From Candidatus Levyibacteriota bacterium (GTDB taxonomy: Bacteria; Patescibacteriota; Microgenomatia; Levybacterales; UBA12049): DNA of 64,000 nucleotides. The stretch spans positions 685,140-749,139 of the forward strand of contig PLZJ01000002.1 of NCBI GenBank assembly GCA_003152105.1, read 5' to 3'. A model generated the notes under the pieces. It saw only the letters and a program-made list of their open reading frames with translations. It did no database searches and was not told where the DNA came from. A program made the translations under genes and the position numbers. Numbering within the stretch: position 1 is the stretch's first letter; each line of letters begins with the position of its first letter. Shown here one piece after another: positions 62,446 to 64,000 of this stretch.

Positions 62446-63345
62446 CTACATGGAGCGTAAAATTTTAATTCTTTCTTCAATTGGTGGATGTGTATCAAAT
62501 AAAGATGAAAACCAGACTGATGCGCTTTTACCTTTAAATGGATTAACAATAAATAAATGAGCGGTTGCGTTTGATGCTGAATTTAATGGTCTAGTATCAC
62601 TGGAAATTTTCTCTAGCGCACTCGCTAAGCCTTCTGGATATCTTGTTAGTAGTGCTCCTGAGGCATCTGCTAAAAATTCTCTTTTTCTAGATATTGCCAG
62701 TTGAATAATAGTTGCAATAATAGGAGAAAGTATGGCAAATAAAATGCCCAGTACTAAAAAAACAGTGCCTAAACTATTGTTTCTATCATCGTTTTCTCGA
62801 ATATTTCCAAACCATAAATTATTCATAAATAAATTAGCAATTAAGGCTACAAATCCGACTAGTATGGCTACAATTCCCATAAGTCTGGTGTCATAGTTTT
62901 TAACATGAGATAATTCGTGGGCAATTACTCCTTCTAGCTCTACTTTATCTAGTTTTTGTAGAATTCCAGATGTTAAACAAACGACTGCATGACTCGGATC
63001 GCGTCCAGTAGCAAAGGCATTAGGTGATAAATCATCGATCATATAAATCTTAGGTTTCGGAAGTCCATCACCAATGCAAAGGTTTTCAACTAAATGATAT
63101 ATCTGTGGATTATCTTTTTCATCAATTAATTTTGCACCTGAAGTGGCAAGAACTATTTTATCAGAGTAGTAATAACTACCAATAGACATTACTCCGCTTA
63201 GAATTAGTCCAATTGCTACGTAACCTACGACATTACCTGTTGCTTTTCCAAACACAAATAAAATGGTAGTAATAAATACCACAAAAAGCACCATTATTAG
63301 TATGGTTTTCCACTTATTTTGAGAAATATTCGAATAAATATTCAT
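62446..63345 (-). CDS. htpX: M48 zinc metalloprotease HtpX
   Basis: PNAFATGR, AHELSH, SR.REFLAD, THPP..ERI. Confidence 0.93.
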   Translation of the reverse strand: MNIYSNISQNKWKTILIMVLFVVFITTILFVFGKATGNVVGYVAIGLILSGVMSIGSYYYSDKIVLATSGAKLIDEKDNPQIYHLVENLCIGDGLPKPKIYMIDDLSPNAFATGRDPSHAVVCLTSGILQKLDKVELEGVIAHELSHVKNYDTRLMGIVAILVGFVALIANLFMNNLWFGNIRENDDRNNSLGTVFLVLGILFAILSPIIATIIQLAISRKREFLADASGALLTRYPEGLASALEKISSDTRPLNSASNATAHLFIVNPFKGKSASVWFSSLFDTHPPIEERIKILRSM

Positions 63346-63384
63346 ACAAAAAATGCTTATAAACTATATGCACACAGAACGTAG

Positions 63385-63933
63385 TTAGAATTTAACAGCT
63401 ATTTCCTTTTTTTCAGAATCTGTAGCTGCAAAAAATTCCATTGGTACAAAATGAAGCATATTTGCAATAACAACATTTGGAAATACTTTAATTTTTGTGT
63501 TGTAATTCATTACGTTACTGTTATAAAACTGTCTTGCGTAGGCAATTTTATTTTCAGTGTCTTCTAATTCATCCTGTAGCTGTTTAAAGTTTTCATTTGC
63601 CTTTAGCGTTGGGTAGTTTTCAGCAACGGCAAATAAGCTTTTTAATGTTTGTGTCATTTGATTATTTGCTTGTGCTTTATCTTCAATTCCTTTTGCAGAA
63701 AGCATATTAGCGCGAGCTTTTGTAACATCCTCAAAAATTGCTTTTTCGTGTTTAGCATATCCTTTTACCGTTTCAACTAAGTTAGGTATCAAGTCAGCTC
63801 TTCTTTTAAGTTGAACATCTATCTGGGAAAATGCTTCAGAAATTCTTACTTTTGCAGTAACTAATCCATTATAGGTAACCCATAAATAGATAACTGCTAC
63901 CGCTAAAATACCAAGTAAAATATACATTGTCAT
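63385..63933 (-). CDS. lemA: LemA family protein
   Basis: [31 protein letters not shown]; SD AAGGAGGTGA at 63950-63941. Confidence 0.95.
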   Translation of the reverse strand: MTMYILLGILAVAVIYLWVTYNGLVTAKVRISEAFSQIDVQLKRRADLIPNLVETVKGYAKHEKAIFEDVTKARANMLSAKGIEDKAQANNQMTQTLKSLFAVAENYPTLKANENFKQLQDELEDTENKIAYARQFYNSNVMNYNTKIKVFPNVVIANMLHFVPMEFFAATDSEKKEIAVKF

Positions 63934-64000
63934 ATTATTTTCACCTCCTTAGTTACGAATCCACTCTATAAGCTTATTATACGGCAAAGTATTTAAAATG

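Overview
AT-rich, very compact chromosomal segment. Gene content and style (short AtpH, type-2 IleRS, rare Shine-Dalgarno sites, many GT-C proteins) suggest a Patescibacteria/CPR bacterium, probably Microgenomates-like; this is an inference. The left flank (1-11.9 kb) is housekeeping: partial DUF4118 sensor, SurA-like chaperone, pseudouridine synthase, FKBP, GreA, EEP hydrolase, IrrE-like peptidase, ileS, rodA, rplU, rpmA, parB and lepB. The centre (12.0-47.0 kb), bounded by inward-facing tRNA-Val(CAC) and tRNA-Thr(CGT), is a ~35 kb surface-glycosylation locus. It holds about ten GT-C-type polytopic membrane transferases, an O-antigen-ligase-like protein, GT2/GT4/STELLO enzymes, a flippase, an acyltransferase, three methyltransferases including a sugar C-methyltransferase, and nucleotide-sugar enzymes, much of it arranged as head-to-head cassettes on tiny bidirectional promoters. 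The right flank carries the F-type ATP synthase operon, dnaE, a GGDEF gene, gatCAB, murT-gatD and lemA-htpX. The best candidate for an undescribed system is the GT-C-rich locus. Secondary oddities are a candidate -1 frameshift, an unannotated small ORF, a tRNA abutting a start codon, leaderless genes and an IleRS with altered signature motifs. All family calls come from motif recognition by eye, with no database searches.
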